Shown here in pieces: positions 47,035-61,172 of a stretch of DNA of 64,000 nt. The notes under the pieces were generated by a model, which was not told the DNA's origin, made no database searches, and worked only from the letters and a program-made list of their open reading frames with translations. The stretch covers positions 817,658 to 881,657 of the forward strand of contig JAUPSS010000011.1 in the NCBI GenBank assembly GCA_040285825.1, given 5' to 3'. Source of the DNA: Eukaryota sp. TZLM1-RC (lineage: Eukaryota > Protista > Metamonada: BaSk clade). The translations under genes and the position numbers were made by a program. Numbering within the stretch: position 1 is the first letter of the stretch; every line of letters begins with the position of its first letter.

Positions 47035-48985
47035 GTAGAATTGTTCTGGGGAGCTGAATCTACCGTTGGATTATGTAGCGAAACCAGATTCGATTAACTC
47101 ATCGAAGATTTGGTTGGCGATTTTGAGTCGTTCAGGGTTTAACCTGCGAGGTGGACGATAAACAACAGTGTCTTCATTGTAGAAATCGATGTCCATGGGG
47201 TTTCAACGTGAAAACGTTTTTGAACTCTTCGAGAGTTGCGAGGAGTTGTTGATTTTCTGATTAATTGTTGAGCTTTATTTGACAACCTGACTAGTTGACG
47301 TGTTCTTCGAATGTTTTTGACATTTTAAAATCACATATCTGTGAATTTCTGTGGTCGAACTCAGATTCAAGTAACAATAGTGTTCTGTGAAGCTCATCGA
47401 GATGAATGTTTACCCTGTCGTTGTTCATGAGGCCGAGTTCATATAGAATGTCTATTCCTATAATTAGAATGTTGTTGCCTGGAACAATTGGTAACGATTT
47501 GGTAAGATGCACAACTTTAGCAGTGCTACTGACATTGAAGGATAGGAGTCCTTTGGCATTGCCGTAAGAGTTTGATGGTTCTCCGTTAACACCAATGAAT
47601 TTGACAGATTCAGAGCTGTGTTGCATCTTGCATTTTTTGGATAGGTCTATTGAGATAACAGATATGGATGCTCCACTATCTATGAGACCAGGTACCTCTA
47701 TGTTAGTAATCTGTAACCAAAGTTCTATAAACTTGGGACAATTAATTGATTTATTGGCACAAACAGAAGACAAACTAAAAATTCTATTGATACTCGAAGA
47801 TTCAGGGTCAGATGTGCTCATAGGATTTAACAGGCGTTTGGGAGGAAAATGTGATGATGTCGTAAACGATTGATTGAGGGAGTCAGTAGTATGATCTGAA
47901 GATGGATTGACGTTGGTAGGGTGTGAATTCTTGTTGTTAATTGTATTGATCCTGTAACTACGAGAACGTTTATTATCACTACTACTATAACTATCTCAAC
48001 TACGACACTTATTCTTTGGAATTGCAGATCTTTTGCAATGCGGATGTAGGCATTCCTTAACCGAATGTCCTGGCTCTTTGCAAAATCCACATATGTCGGA
48101 AGAGGACGCAACAGACTTGTTGTTTTTGGCACAGTGTTTCTTTAGGTTTTTAACTCTGCGTCTGAGCTGCTCCTTATTGGTCGGTATTTGTTCGACATAA
48201 TCATAATTGTCGACGAGCTTTTGGTCTTGGGGATGGGGTCTCCCACCGAACATAGGACCTTGATCTCCCGGACCAGAGAAGTTTTGGACAGATTTCCGAG
48301 CTCGCTTTTGTTCCTCGAAAGTTCTGGTATTTCACCAGTTGTTATTAAACTTGGAGAGAACATCAATGAAATTATTGAAACGACGTTTAACGTAGACGGA
48401 AGAATATGTTCAAGGATTGAAAAGCTCGTTAAAGAGAAGTTCAATTCCGAGGTTGTCGAGAATAGAGAACGCAATCTCCCATTCTTCGAGCTTGATTGCC
48501 TCTTGATGGGGTTGGAAGCGATCGATAGCAAGTGTATCTCTCATCCCCATGGATTGATTGACGACAAAGCCGACCTGCCATATATATTTGATCCATCTAC
48601 TCTGGTAATTGGAAATATTCCAATCCATTTTGACTTGGGATAATTTAAGTTTGGCAGTGGCCAGATTTGGAAACTGGGAAGCGAACAGGATGTTCTCCCA
48701 CAGTTCTTCATCGTTAATTTGATGGAGTTGGAGACCGGGCTACCACCTGCAGCCATAGCAAGGGTAGAAATGATATCAGTGTCTACGCATGAACTGATGT
48801 TAGCTGGATTGATTTTAGCGCAAGCTCTGAAAATTTCCCACTCATGGGGTGGCTCATCGTAGCGTTGATTTAACGGAACGTAGTTGGGTTCATGAGTAGC
48901 ACGGAGAGTACATGCTCTGTGAGCTTCTGTAAGTTGTGTGAGACGTGCAATTTCATTAGTTAAAGCGACTTCACGAGGGTTGTGG
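47035..48985 (-). pseudogene. Ty3/gypsy remnant (gag, protease, start of RT) related to element 1
   Basis: PLNQRYDEPPHEWEIFRA resembles PLDQRYGNPLHEWDRFRA; CGFCKEPGHSVKEC; IDSGASISVI; RPPRRLNPE. Confidence 0.88.
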
Positions 48986-49003
48986 AACCATTTCGGAAGC
49001 AGC

Positions 49004-50060
49004 AGTGAGCTATATTCGTTCCACCGCACGCCCAGAGAATTGGGTAGAGTATTTATTTTCTGGAAATAGATGGGGACATACAACATCTAATGTTGTGGAG
49101 AGTGTATACGCAGCTATTTGTGAAGCTAGACAGTTGTCCGTTCTACAAATGTTTGAAACGATCAGGGGTATGTTGGCCAGATGGTTTGTCCAAAGGCGAA
49201 ATGAAGCTCGAAGTATCGATTTCCCCCTAATTCCAAGAGTTTACAAAATTCTTGAAGAAAGACTGCTTTCAGCGAGAGAACCACGTTTTCTTGAAGTAGA
49301 TGAAGTCCAGTATGAGGTTGTAGAAGCTGGAAAAGTGTTTGATGTGAATACGTCAACGTTGACATGTAGTTGTTGTGATGCAAAAGTAGGTATTCTATGT
49401 GTTCATTTGTTGCTTTTCTTGACAGGAGATGGGTCTAGGGGAGTGGGATACTGTGCTCCTAGTACACAGTATTAGTTGCAAACCTACGCTGGAAGAATTC
49501 TATCTGTTGACGATGTTACATTGAAAACGGGGTTGGAAAATGGTAGTAGTGAAGTGGAGAGGAATGAGGTTGTTTCTGGACCACCTGTTGTGAAACAGAG
49601 GGTAGGGAGACCAAAAATAACAAGAATGAGGCGATCAGAAGAGGGAAGAAACAACACTCGAACATGCCCTGTAGAACCTCTCCCTGCAGTTACAAGAAAG
49701 AATAAAAGCATGCGGTAGATGTGGTCAAGGAGTGCATAACAAACGTGCGTGTAAAGGCACCGATCAAGAAGTTTGAGCTTCTTCTCTAATGTAGTTTTGT
49801 ATTAGTTTTAGTTTTGTTGACGTGATGGTAGTCTAGTATGAATAAAGATTGTTTATGATTGAGGGAGGACTAGACTATAACGAAGAGAGTGCAAACAGAG
49901 TCAAAAGTTGCCCGTCAGATTGAATGAAATGATGGATGGATCAAGTTGGAGGTGGATTTTGTTGTCGATGCTGAAAAACGGGTGGATTTTGTTACAAACA
50001 ATTTGAAAAAGATGGATTTTGCTTAAAAGTTGGATTTTGAGGTGGATTTTGCAGTTGTCC
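49004..50060 (+). mobile_element. 3' part of a Mutator-like (MULE) transposon with its right terminus
   Basis: TTSNVVES, SWIM-like CSC..CVH, GRPK, terminal CGRC..HNKRAC knuckle; subterminal TGGATTTTG repeats ending GTTGTCCC at 50060. Confidence 0.85.
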
Positions 50061-50272
50061 CAAACGTTAATTTGAAATTTTTTTGCTTCAAAATCAACAT
50101 CAGAATAATCAATAATGTGTAAGTCTTTGAATGATGCAAAAACTAAATTGGTATAAAGTAGTATAATAAATCCTACTAACAAAATTAATATTCATAACAA
50201 AAAAAATCAGTTAAAAGCAACGCAAGGAATATCAATCACACAAAAAAATTGGTGAATTATCTTCTTTTCACG

Positions 50273-51321
50273 TATTTATTGAATTTGCACACTTGATTAA
50301 ATTAAATCATAACTAATGGGACGACTATCATTAAACCAAGATTTCCTCTACAAAATCTTGATTTGCTTGCTGTCTAGCTAAAGCTTCTCTAATTCGATTG
50401 AAAAACCGCGGTAATCTATTAATAATGGCAAATTGAATCCGTGAACGCCATAAAAAAATATCAAATCTTTTCATTGTTTTTTCTTTCACCATTTTTTGGA
50501 AGTCATCCAAAAAAGTTTCTGCTTCAACTGATAATCTTCCATTTATCGAAAATGGGAAAGCAATAAAAACCAGCTGTGTATTTCTATCGACATTTGCATC
50601 TTCAATTTCTTTATCATATTTTCTATGTTTTTCTTTTGCTTTAAAATCCAGAGCAGCCACAGGATTAAGTTTTCTTCTGTGAACCAAAGTATCGTTTGCA
50701 ACATTACATGAGACAAAGTCAACAATAGCTTCAGAATTATCAATCCAATCACAGTATACATCACCTCTATCATCAGAACCAAAATTATTCAGAGAAAGTG
50801 TTTCCTTCAGTAGGGGCTCTTTGATACACGATATCCTTTCAGTTTGTGCCATATTGAAAACAGTGTCTCTAACAGCATCATGTAATGAAGAACGATAAGT
50901 TATCAATTTAGAGCAATTTAGAGCATGGCGCAAAGTGAGTTGAGGTGAATTCGAACAAATACATTTTTCTTTTGATAATAATTGGTTAATGGGGATGTTC
51001 AAATATAATCTCATTTTTGTTACAAATGCTTCATTAGTGGCACACAATCCAAATCTTCGTGGTACAATGATTACAAAAAGTGAAGAATCTGACGCCTTGT
51101 TTTCACAAACACCCTTTTCCAATAACAATGAGTGAAGATCTTGATTTAAAACAGCCGAGCTGCAAATATTATTATAAAGATCTTTTTCATACATTCCAGT
51201 CAATCTTTTCTGTAATGTTCGAAGAGTGTACTTCAAATTTAAAACATTTTTTTCTGGAATATTGCCATTGAATGATTGGGGAAAACATCGACCCCATTTT
51301 TCTACATCAATTCTTGAAATT
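50273..51321 (-). mobile_element. 5'-truncated family B
   Basis: ORF 50331-51236 and the B 3' UTR. Confidence 0.92.
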
Positions 51322-51843
51322 CCTTTATCTGGCCTGATAATTTACCTCATAATTTAATTTGTAAATGTTCTCGAGAAATTACAACTACTCATTTGTTAAA
51401 TTGTAAACATTTTATTACTTTTAGAAGCAAGGTTCATGATGCTGTAAGAGACCAGTTATATTGTATGTGTAAATCTCATAGAATTGAATCCTTCTTGGAA
51501 CCTTTGTTGTCAAATCTGTTTGATGCTGAAAATGATTTTCATAAGAATAATAGAGGTGATGTCATATTACCTGGATTAGATGGAAGCTTCATTTTATTGG
51601 ATGTAATGTCTGTTGATCCTTGTAATGCCTCAAATGAAAGGCTTGTTAATTCTGAAATTCATAATCCCCTTTCAAATGCTGAAAATTTTAAATTCAAAAA
51701 ATACAATGAACCTTTGTCCAAATTGGCCAGTCTACAGCATGCAAAATACAATTTGTATCCATTTGTATTTTCCCTTTTTGGTTCACTTGCACCAACTGCT
51801 TTACGTTTTTTGGATGATTTTGAAATGATTGTAAAGAGAAGAA

Positions 51844-54809
51844 TTAAAATCTGCTCAACAAATTCTCAAATGTTCTGTTCCAGCTGTTGCCGTTGTGAAA
51901 GGTGCTGAAAATAATGTTTCTGACGATCAACAGTTAAATGCTTCTAGTGTTCCCTCTTCTTCCCCTTCTGAAAACAGTAATTTTTGTTGTCCATTTTGCA
52001 AAAAAGATGTTGCAGATTCACGAAATGGTCGAAAACTTCTGTTTTGTACGAATTGTAAAGCCGTTGATACCGTAAGACCCCCGATCCGGATCCCAGTAGA
52101 AATAAGTCCCGCCAGCACAATCCCCTTCTCAATGGAAATGAGAAATTTTACTTCTGAATTGAAAAATAATAAGTGGAATATTTCATCCTTCTGGAAATAT
52201 TTTGCTAGAAAAAACAAAAATTGTTTTAAGAAAAAATTTGGAAATAGAAAAATTGTAAAATCAAAAATTTGCCGTAAATTGTGCTTACGTGGTCGTTATG
52301 GTGCCGCAAAGCAGTCTTTGTTTTCCTCTTCTTTGGCTGATGCAAACTCTGATACCCTTGAAAAACTTCAAAAGTTGCATCCTCAAGAAAATTTCAAGTG
52401 CAGCAAGCCTGAAGTGTGTCCTTTTTGGATTGAAAATCCTATTACTGCAATTGAAGTTCTTAAAGCTATTCAGAAATTGCCAAAGGGGAAAGCAGCAGGC
52501 CCATCTGGAATTTCTTTTGATCTCTTAAAAATAGCATGTTCCAGTGCTCCCGAAATTGCTGATGATCTAGCCCACTATTTTCAACAATTGATTGTTTTGA
52601 AAATTAATCCTCCATTTGAATTACTCGCAGCACGTCTGATTGCTTTAGTAAAGCCTGGAAACGGAATCAAACCTGATGGAATACGCCCAATTGCTGTTGG
52701 TGAATCTCTTTCTCGTTTGCTAGCATCAATTGTCTTCGATCGTGTCAAAGACAAAGCTTATACATTTTTGAATCCTCATCAATTTGGAATCAAAACAATT
52801 GATGGTGCTTCTGTTGCTGCTATTGCCTCTGATACCTTTTTTTAATGCAGAGGAAAATAATTTTATTTTTAATCTCGACTTTAAAAATGCTTTTAATTCT
52901 GTAAAGCGAGAAGCAATTTTTGAAGTTATTAAATCTGATTTTCCTGAGCTATCGAGTTTTTTCTACCATTTTTATGGGAAAGAATCAGATTTAATTTTTA
53001 ATTCATTTGGTCTTAAATCATCTTCTGGAGTGAAGCAGGGAGATCCTTTAGGCCCATTATTGTTTTGTTTAGCTATTCACAAAACTTTAAATATCATTAA
53101 GCAAAAATACCCTTCTATAAAAATAGTTGCTTATATGGATGATATATCCTTGATTGGTTCATTTGATTTACTAGAATTGGTTGCTCAAGAAATTGCCGAT
53201 TCATATGAAAATATTGGGCTTCATCTTAATGCCAGCAAATGCCTTCTGATTGGCTCTTCTGCTCAAGACCTCGTGATAAACGATTCTATTGTCCCTTTTA
53301 CTAATTATAGTAGTGATGCTTTTAAGTTCCTTGGTTGTTGGTTAGGAAATGTGCCTCAAATTCAGAATGAATTGCAAGGTATTTTGGAAAAAATGAAAAT
53401 TGAACTTGATTCAATTTCTTCTTTAGATATAGAAAAGCATATTAAATTTTTCATGCTTAAAATTTGCTACACTGGGAGAATAACCCACATTTTGAGATCT
53501 TGTGCTCCTTCCATAGCATTAGATTTTTGTCGTTCTTTTAATTCATTGAGAACAGAATTTTTTGCTGATTTATTGGATGTAGAACCAGGAATGTTGAAAA
53601 GCCATTTATTTTCTTCAGCAAATTTGGGTGGTATTGGTTTTACTAAATCTTCAATTTTGTGTCAATCAGCATTCTTGGGTGGTGGCAAAAATTTTATTTA
53701 TGAATTTTCTCGTAGATTTCCTGATGATTCTCATCTGTTAGTCCCCAATTGTAGTCCCTATTTGTATGAGTTATCTTGTGAACTTGAAAAATTACCGCCA
53801 CAAATTTGGACCAAATGTTTTCCTCAATCAATTCAAGAAATTCCAAACCGATCTCTATTTAATTTACAGTTTTGCTGTAAAAAGCTTCAACAAAATTGTC
53901 AAAGATTTTTGAAAGCTTGGATTTTGATGTTAGACTTGGCTTGGCCAAGAAAAAGAATCCCGCTTTTGCAAATCTTTTACAAGATATGTGTGACAGTACT
54001 TCTTCTGCCTTAGTAACAACAATTCCACAAGTTTATGGTACTCTCTTATCCGATTCTGCTTGGACTCTGAATATGAGATTTCGTTCCTTTATCTGGCCTG
54101 ATAATTTACCTCATAATTTAATTTGTAAATGTTCTCGAGAAATTACAACTACTCATTTGTTAAATTGTAAACATTTTATTACTTTTAGAAGCAAGGTTCA
54201 TGATGCTGTAAGAGACCAGTTATATTGTATGTGTAAATCTCATAGAATTGAATCCTTCTTGGAACCTTTGTTGTCAAATCTGTTTGATGCTGAAAATGAT
54301 TTTCATAAGAATAATAGAGGTGATGTCATATTACCTGGATTAGATGGAAGCTTCATTTTATTGGATGTAATGTCTGTTGATCCTTGTAATGCCTCAAATG
54401 AAAGGCTTGTTAATTCTGAAATTCATAATCCCCTTTCAAATGCTGAAAATTTTAAATTCAAAAAATACAATGAACCTTTGTCCAAATTGGCCAGTCTACA
54501 GCATGCAAAAATACAATTTGTATCCATTTGTATTTTCCCTTTTTGGTTCACTTGCACCAACTGCTTTACGTTTTTTGGATGATTTTGAAATGATTGTAAA
54601 GAGAAGAACTGGCAGAAATTTCAACAGATTGTTTTGGCAAAATAGAATTGTGTTTTCTATTTTTAAGGGGATGTTGAAGATGGTTTCTGATGCTTTGCTT
54701 TCTCTTGGATCTCACTATGAGAGAGTTGCATCTAGTGTTTTTGTTTTGGGAGAGATGGATTTTTTAGATGTTGATTTATAGGTTTAGAATAAAATTAAAT
54801 TTTAAAAAA
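51844..54809 (+). mobile_element. Near full-length family A nested in family A
   Basis: ORFs 51895-52845, 52784-54013, 53896-54781, broken only at homopolymers; TSD AAAGAGAAGAA (51833-51843, 54810-54820). Confidence 0.92.
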
Positions 54810-54998
54810 AAAGAGAAGAACTGGCAGAAATTTCAACAGATTGTTTTGGCAAAATAGAATTGTGTTTTCTATTTTTAAGGGGATGTTGAAGATGGTTTCT
54901 GATGCTTTGCTTTCTCTTGGATCTCACTATGAGAGAGTTGCATCTAGTGTTTTTGTTTTGGGAGAGATGGATTTTTTAGATGTTGATTTATAGGTTTA

Positions 54999-55099
54999 AA
55001 TCAAGATTTTGTAGAGGAAATCTTGGTTTAATGATAGTCGTCCCATTAGTTATGATTTAATTTAATCAAGTGTGCAAATTCAATAAATTAATAAAATTA
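54999..55099 (+). mobile_element. About 100-bp family B tip inserted at the family A stop codon
   Basis: TSD AGGTTTA (54992-54998, 55100-55106). Confidence 0.85.
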
Positions 55100-55132
55100 A
55101 GGTTTAGAATAAAATTAAATTTTAAAAAAAAA

Positions 55133-55426
55133 GCTTTTGCAAATCTTTTACAAGATATGTGTGACAGTACTTCTTCTGCCTTAGTAACAACAATTCCACA
55201 AGTTTATGGTACTCTCTTATCCGATTCTGCTTGGACTCTGAATATGAGATTTCGTTCCTTTATATGGCCTGATAATTTACCTCATAATTTAATTTGTAAA
55301 TATTCTCGAGAAATTACAACTACTCATTTGTTAAATTGTAAACATTTTATTATTTTTAGAAGCAAGGTTCATGATGCTGTAAGAGACCAGTTATATTGTA
55401 TGTGTAAATCTCATAGAATTGAATCC
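55133..55426 (+). mobile_element. Internal family A fragment
   Basis: AFANLLQDMC...HRIES, cut off by the family D tail. Confidence 0.85.
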
Positions 55427-57178
55427 TTTTTTTTAAATATTGTTTATTTTTATTCAACAACAAATATGAAATACACAATTAAAACTCCACATCCTCAAAA
55501 CCTGCCTCCCCTACATCAAAACAATTAATCGCTAAAGATTCAGAAAATTTCCCAAAAGAAGATGGTGAATCAGAAATTAGTGTTACCATTCCCTTAAAAA
55601 CAGAAAATACAATCCTGTTTTGCCAGTAAACACGATTGAAAATTCTTCCAGTTCTTTCCTTCACAACTACAACAAAATCCTCAAGGAAAGCCATAGCAGC
55701 CTTACCTAGAGATCCAAGCAAAGAAAAAACAAATGGACATAAATTATATTGGGCATGAGAATTTTCATTAACCGAGGAAATGGGTTTCGCATATTTAGCA
55801 ATTTTATATTTTTCGCCTGCAAGAAGAGGATTATTTACATCCGAGTTAATGAAATGTTCGTTAGAGGAATTACAAGGGTCAATAGACATGGCGTCCAAAA
55901 TAGTAAAACTACCATTTAAACCAGGAACAACTAGATCACCTCTAGTCAGACCCATAGAAGCTCTGTTGTAACGCGTACTATCAATATTGGGATCATCAAG
56001 AATTAATTTTGATAACATCGGTTCTAAAAAGGAATCTACTCGATATGATTTGCACATTACATAAATTTGGTCCCTGACGTTATTATGCACTTTGCTTCTA
56101 AACGTAATGAAATGTTTGCAGTTCAAAAGATGAGTAAACAAAAGAGGTTTACCACATTTACAAGTTAAATGATTGGGCAAATTGTTTGGCCACAGAAAAC
56201 AACGAAAACGCATGTTTAGAAGCCATTCATTGTTTTTTAACAAAAGTCCATAAACAGAGGGAACTTGAGTTACTAAAGCAGCAGCTGAACTATCACGAAT
56301 ATCCTTTAAAAAATTACCGAAAACGGGATTTTTAGTTTTGGCCAAGCCAAGTCTTACTTCATAATCCAAGCCTTCATATAATTTAACCAGATGGTGCTGA
56401 AGCTTTTTCAAGCAAAAACGTAAATTTGGAAGTGATCGGGTGGGAATTTCTTGAACATTTTGAGGAAAACACTGAATCCAGATATCACTAGGCAAATTTT
56501 CTAATTCACATTGCAGTTGATTCAAGTAAAAATTTGATTCACCATTGATCAGATGAACATCAAAAGGGAACCTTTGGAAAAAATCAAAAACAAAATTTTT
56601 ACCACCTCCCAAAAATGCTGCTTTACACAGAATCGAAGATTTGGTGAATCTAATTCCACTCAAATCTGCTGAACAAAATACATGACTTCGAATTAAAGAT
56701 TCATTTACTTCTAATAAAGAAGAAAAAAATTTGACTCGAAGTTTGTTAAAAGATCTGCAGAAATTGAGAGATACCGAAGGGGGAGTTGACCTTAAAATAT
56801 GAGTGAATTTTCCAGAATAACAAATTTTTAAAATAAAAAATTTGATGTGTTTCTCAATGTCACAATCAGCAATAAAACTAAGATCCTTGTCAAACTTCTC
56901 CAATAAATTGTTTAACTGGGAATAAATTTCATCCAAATTGCCAAGCCAACATCCAAGAAACTTAAAAGCTTTTTTTTCCTTTAGGCTAAATTTATTTTCA
57001 ACGCTAACAAAACATTAAACAAAAAACTAGAACTCAATATCCTCAATACACGCATCAACATCATCAAATCTTTTAAGCGCGCGATTTTCATACTCTATTC
57101 CTAATTGTAACAGTGCTTTGGTCAACATTTCTGGAATTGCTTTAAGAATACTGAAAACAATTCTATTGTGCCAGAAAT

Positions 57179-57869
57179 AATTAATTTATTGAATTTGCAC
57201 ACTTGATTAAATTAAATCATAACTAATGGGACGACTATCATTAAACCAAGATTTCCTCTACAAAATCTTGATTTGCTTGCTGTCTAGCTAAAGCTTCTCT
57301 AATTCGATTGAAAAACCGCGGTAATCTATTAATAATGGCAAATTGAATCCGTGAACGCCATAAAAAAATATCAAATCTTTTCATTGTTTTTTCTTTCACC
57401 ATTTTTTGGAAGTCATCCAAAAAAGTTTCTGCTTCAACTGATAATCTTCCATTTATCGAAAATGGAAAAGCAATAAAAACCAGCTGTGTATTTCTATCGA
57501 TATTTGCATCTTCAATTTCTTTATCATATTTTCTATGTTTTTCTTTTGCTTTAAAATCCAGAGCAGCCACAGGATTAAGTTTTCTTCTGTGAACCAAAGT
57601 ATCGTTTGCAACATTACATGAGACAAAGTCAACAATAGCTTCAGAATTATCAATCCAATCACAGTATACATCACCTCTATCATCAGAACCAAAATTATTC
57701 AGAGAAAGTGTTTCTTTCAGCAGGGGCTCTTTGATACACGATATCCTTGCAGTTTGTGCCATATTGAAAACAGTGTCTCTAACAGCATCATGTAATGAAG
57801 AACGATAAGTTATCAATTTAGAGCAATTTAGAGCATGGCGCAAAGTGAGTTGAGGTGAATTCGAACAAA
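57179..57869 (-). mobile_element. Family B nested in E
   Basis: TSD CCAGAAAT (57171-57178, 57870-57877). Confidence 0.9.
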
Positions 57870-58052
57870 CCAGAAATTGAAGTTCAATTCTTTTCCTGCT
57901 CTTTCTTTTATTAAACTTCTGAAACCTTCAAGAAATTTAATGCCAGATATTCCAATGTTACCAAAAAGAGAAACAGCAAATGGAACCAACTTATACTTAA
58001 CATGCTCAACACGTCCTAGCTGAGATAAGGGTTCATTGTACTTTTTGATTTT

Positions 58053-59316
58053 TTTTCTCTACTAATTTTTATTCAACAAACAAATATGAAATTCACAATT
58101 AAAACTCCCCATCCTCGAAACCTGCCTCCCCTGCATCAAAACAATTAATTGCTAAAGATTCAGAAAATTTCCCAAAAGAAGATAGTGAATCAGAAATTAG
58201 TTTTACCATTCCCTTAAAAATAGAAAATACAATCCTGTTTTGCCAGTAAACACGATTGAAAATTCTTCCAGTTCTTTCCTTTACAACTACAACAAAATCC
58301 TCGAGGAAAGCCATAGCAGCCTTACCTAGAGATCCAAGCAAAGAAAAAACAAATGGACATAAATTATATTGGGCATGAGAATTTTCATTAACCGAGGAAA
58401 TGGGTTTCGCATATTTAGCAATTTTATATTTTTCGCCTGCAAGAAGAGGATTATTTACATCCGAGTTAATGAGATGTTCGTTAGAGGAATTACAAGGGTC
58501 AATAGACATGGCGTCCAAAATAGTAAAACTACCATTTAAACCAGGAACAACTAGATCACCTCTAGTCAGACCCATAGAAGCTCTCTTGTAACGCGTACTA
58601 TCAATATTGGGATCATCAAGAATTAATTTTGATAACAGCGGTTCTAAAAAGGAATCTACACGATATGATTTGCACATTACATAAATTTGGTCCCTGACGT
58701 TATTATGCACTTTGCTTCTAAACGTAGTGAAATGTTTGCAGTTCAAAAGATGAGTAAACAACAGAGGTTTACCACATTTACAAGTTAAATGATTGGGCAA
58801 ATTGTTTGGTCACAGAAAATAACGAAAACGCATGTTTAGAAGCCATTCATTGTTTTTTCAACAAAAGTCCATAAACAGAGGCAACTTGAGTTACTAAAGC
58901 AGCAGCTGAACTATCACGAATATCCTTTAAAAAATTACCGAAAGCGGGACTTTTAGTTTTGGCCAATCCAAGTCTTACTTCATAATCCAAGCCTTTATAT
59001 AATTTAACCAGATGGTGCTGAAGCTTTTTCAAGCAAAAACGTAAATTTGGAAGTGATCGGGTGGGAATTTCTTGAACATTTTGAGGAAAACACTGAATCC
59101 AGATATCACTAGGCAAATTTTCTAATTCAAATTGCAGTTGATTCAAGTAAAAATTTGATTCACCATTGATCAGATGAACATCAAAAGGGAACCTTTGGAA
59201 AAAATCAAAAACAAAATTTTTACCACCTCCCAAAAATGCTGCTTTACACAGAATCGAAGAACAAAATACATGACTTCGAATTAAAGATTCATTTACTTCT
59301 AATAAAGAAGAAAAAA
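58053..59316 (-). mobile_element. Family D nested in E
   Basis: Near identical to 55479-56735; the E sequence GAGCAAAATCAAAAAG is split at its ends. Confidence 0.88.
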
Positions 59317-59487
59317 TTTGCTCTTTTCAGCAAAGCAAAGTGGAGTTTCATCTCTTTTAGCAAAGTCAATTGCTGAGTCTTTACAAACATCAACAGTGAC
59401 AACATCAACAACTTTAATAACACCATCAGACGCAGGGGTAATTAAATCAGCACGGCGTTTCCCAAAAGTATTTTCATTTTCATTTTC

Positions 59488-60298
59488 TTTGTTTTTAAAA
59501 TTTAATTTTATTCTAAACCTATAAATCAACATCTAAAAAAATCCATCTCTCCCAAAACAAAAACACTAGATGCAACTCTCTCATAGTGAGATCCAAGAGA
59601 AAGCAAAGCATCAGAAACCATCTTCAACATTCCCTTAAAAATAGAAAACACAATTCTATTTTGCCAAAACAATCTGTTGAAATTTCTGCCAGTTCTTCTC
59701 TTTACAATCATTTCAAAATCATCCAAAAAACGTAAAGCAGTTGGTGCAAGTGAACCAAAAGGGAAAATACAAATGGATACAAATTGTATTTTGCATGCTG
59801 TAGACTGGCCAATTTGGACAAAGGTTCATTGTATTTTTGAATTTAAAATTTTCAGCATTTGAAAGGGGATTATGAATTTCAGAATTAACAAGCCTTTCAT
59901 TTGAGGCATTACAAGGATCAACAGACATTACATCCAATAAAATGAAGCTTCCATCTAATCCAGGTAATATGACATCACCTCTATTATTCTTATGAAAATC
60001 ATTTTCAGCATCAAACAGATTTGACAACAAAGGTTCCAAGAAGGATTCAATTCTATGAGATTTACACATACAATATAACTGGTCTCTTACAGCATCATGA
60101 ACCTTGCTTCTAAAAGTAATAAAATGTTTACAATTTAACAAATGAGTAGTTGTAATTTCTCGAGAACATTTACAAATTAAATTATGAGGTAAATTATCAG
60201 GCCAGATAAAGGAACGAAATCTCATATTCAGAGTCCAAGCAGAATCGGATAAGAGAGTACCATAAACTTGTGGAATTGTTGTTACTAAGGCAGAAGAA
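59488..60298 (-). mobile_element. Family A nested in E
   Basis: TSD ATTTTCATTTTC (about 59470-59487, 60299-60310). Confidence 0.88.
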
Positions 60299-60822
60299 AT
60301 TTTCATTTTCAGATGACAACCTTCGCACAAGTGGTTCAACAAAAGCCTCAATGTGATGGCTTTTGCACATAGCGTATAGTTGGTCTCTAACTTAAAAGCT
60401 TGTTGGTCATAATTGATAAAAGGAATCTGAGCTCCACCAATCATCAAAGATTGTTTTTCTCTACCAATCAAGAGACATTTAGATGGGTTCAAAGCTAAAC
60501 CAATTTCTTTGTATTTCGCCGCAATGTCTTCAGAAACCCTAGAAATGCTTTCAAAAGAACCAATAATAGAAATGTCATCCATATAGGCAACAATACGCAA
60601 ATCAGGGAAATCTTGTTGTGTCATTTTAATAATATTATGAATAGCCAAACAAAACAGCAAAGGGCCAAGAGGATCACCTTGTTTCACACCAGAAGAAGAT
60701 TCAAGGGTAAAGGAGTCAAAAATTAAGTCTGATTTTTTTCCATAAAATAAATAAAAATATGCAGTAAGTTCAGGAAAATCATGAAGAAGGACATCAAAAA
60801 TACAATTACGTTTCACAGAATT

Positions 60823-61172
60823 ATTAATTTATTGAATTTGCACACTTGATTAAGTTAAATCATAACTAATGGGACGACTATCATTAAACCAAGATTTCCT
60901 CTACAAAATCTTGATTTGCTTGCTGTCTAGCTAAAGCTTCTCTAATTCGATTGAAAAACCGCGGTAATCTATTAATAATGGCAAATTGAATCCGTGAACG
61001 CCATAAAAAAATATCAAATCTTTTTCATTGTTGTTTCTTTCACCATTTTTTGGAAGTCATCCAAAAAGTTTCTGCTTCAACTGATAATCTTCCATTTATC
61101 GAAAATGGAAAAGCAATAAAAACCAGCTGTGTATTTCTATCGATATTTGCATCTTCAATTTCTTTATCATAT
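60823..61172 (-). mobile_element. Family B nested in D
   Basis: TSD TTTCACAGAATT (60811-60822, 61173-61184). Confidence 0.9.

Larger units (their letters stand above)
51320..55132 (+). mobile_element. Family A 3' fragment hosting a nested long A copy and a B tip
   Basis: Outer A runs 51320-51843, resumes 54810-54998 and again 55100-55132 (A-tail). Confidence 0.88.
56972..60388 (-). mobile_element. Family E element nested in D, itself hosting A, D and B copies
   Basis: TSD AACTTAAAAGCTT (56959-56971, 60389-60401); E segments 60299-60388, 59317-59487, 57870-58052, 56972-57178. Confidence 0.88.

Noticed and set aside
53881-53900. Possible programmed frameshift between RT and RLE in family A (the ORF breaks near KKLQQ in all four long copies)
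   Set aside because: The lesions differ: A4 instead of A5 at about 53892 and 62583, an extra base nearby at about 16390, and an in-frame TAA at 20094. Families C and D read straight through this region. Homopolymer indels (sequencing error or decay) explain it better.
59719-60816. 365-aa RT-RLE ORF and other fusion ORFs (55070-55528, 59299-59532, 15125-15502)
   Set aside because: Accidental read-through across nested insertion junctions (for example D-E-A).
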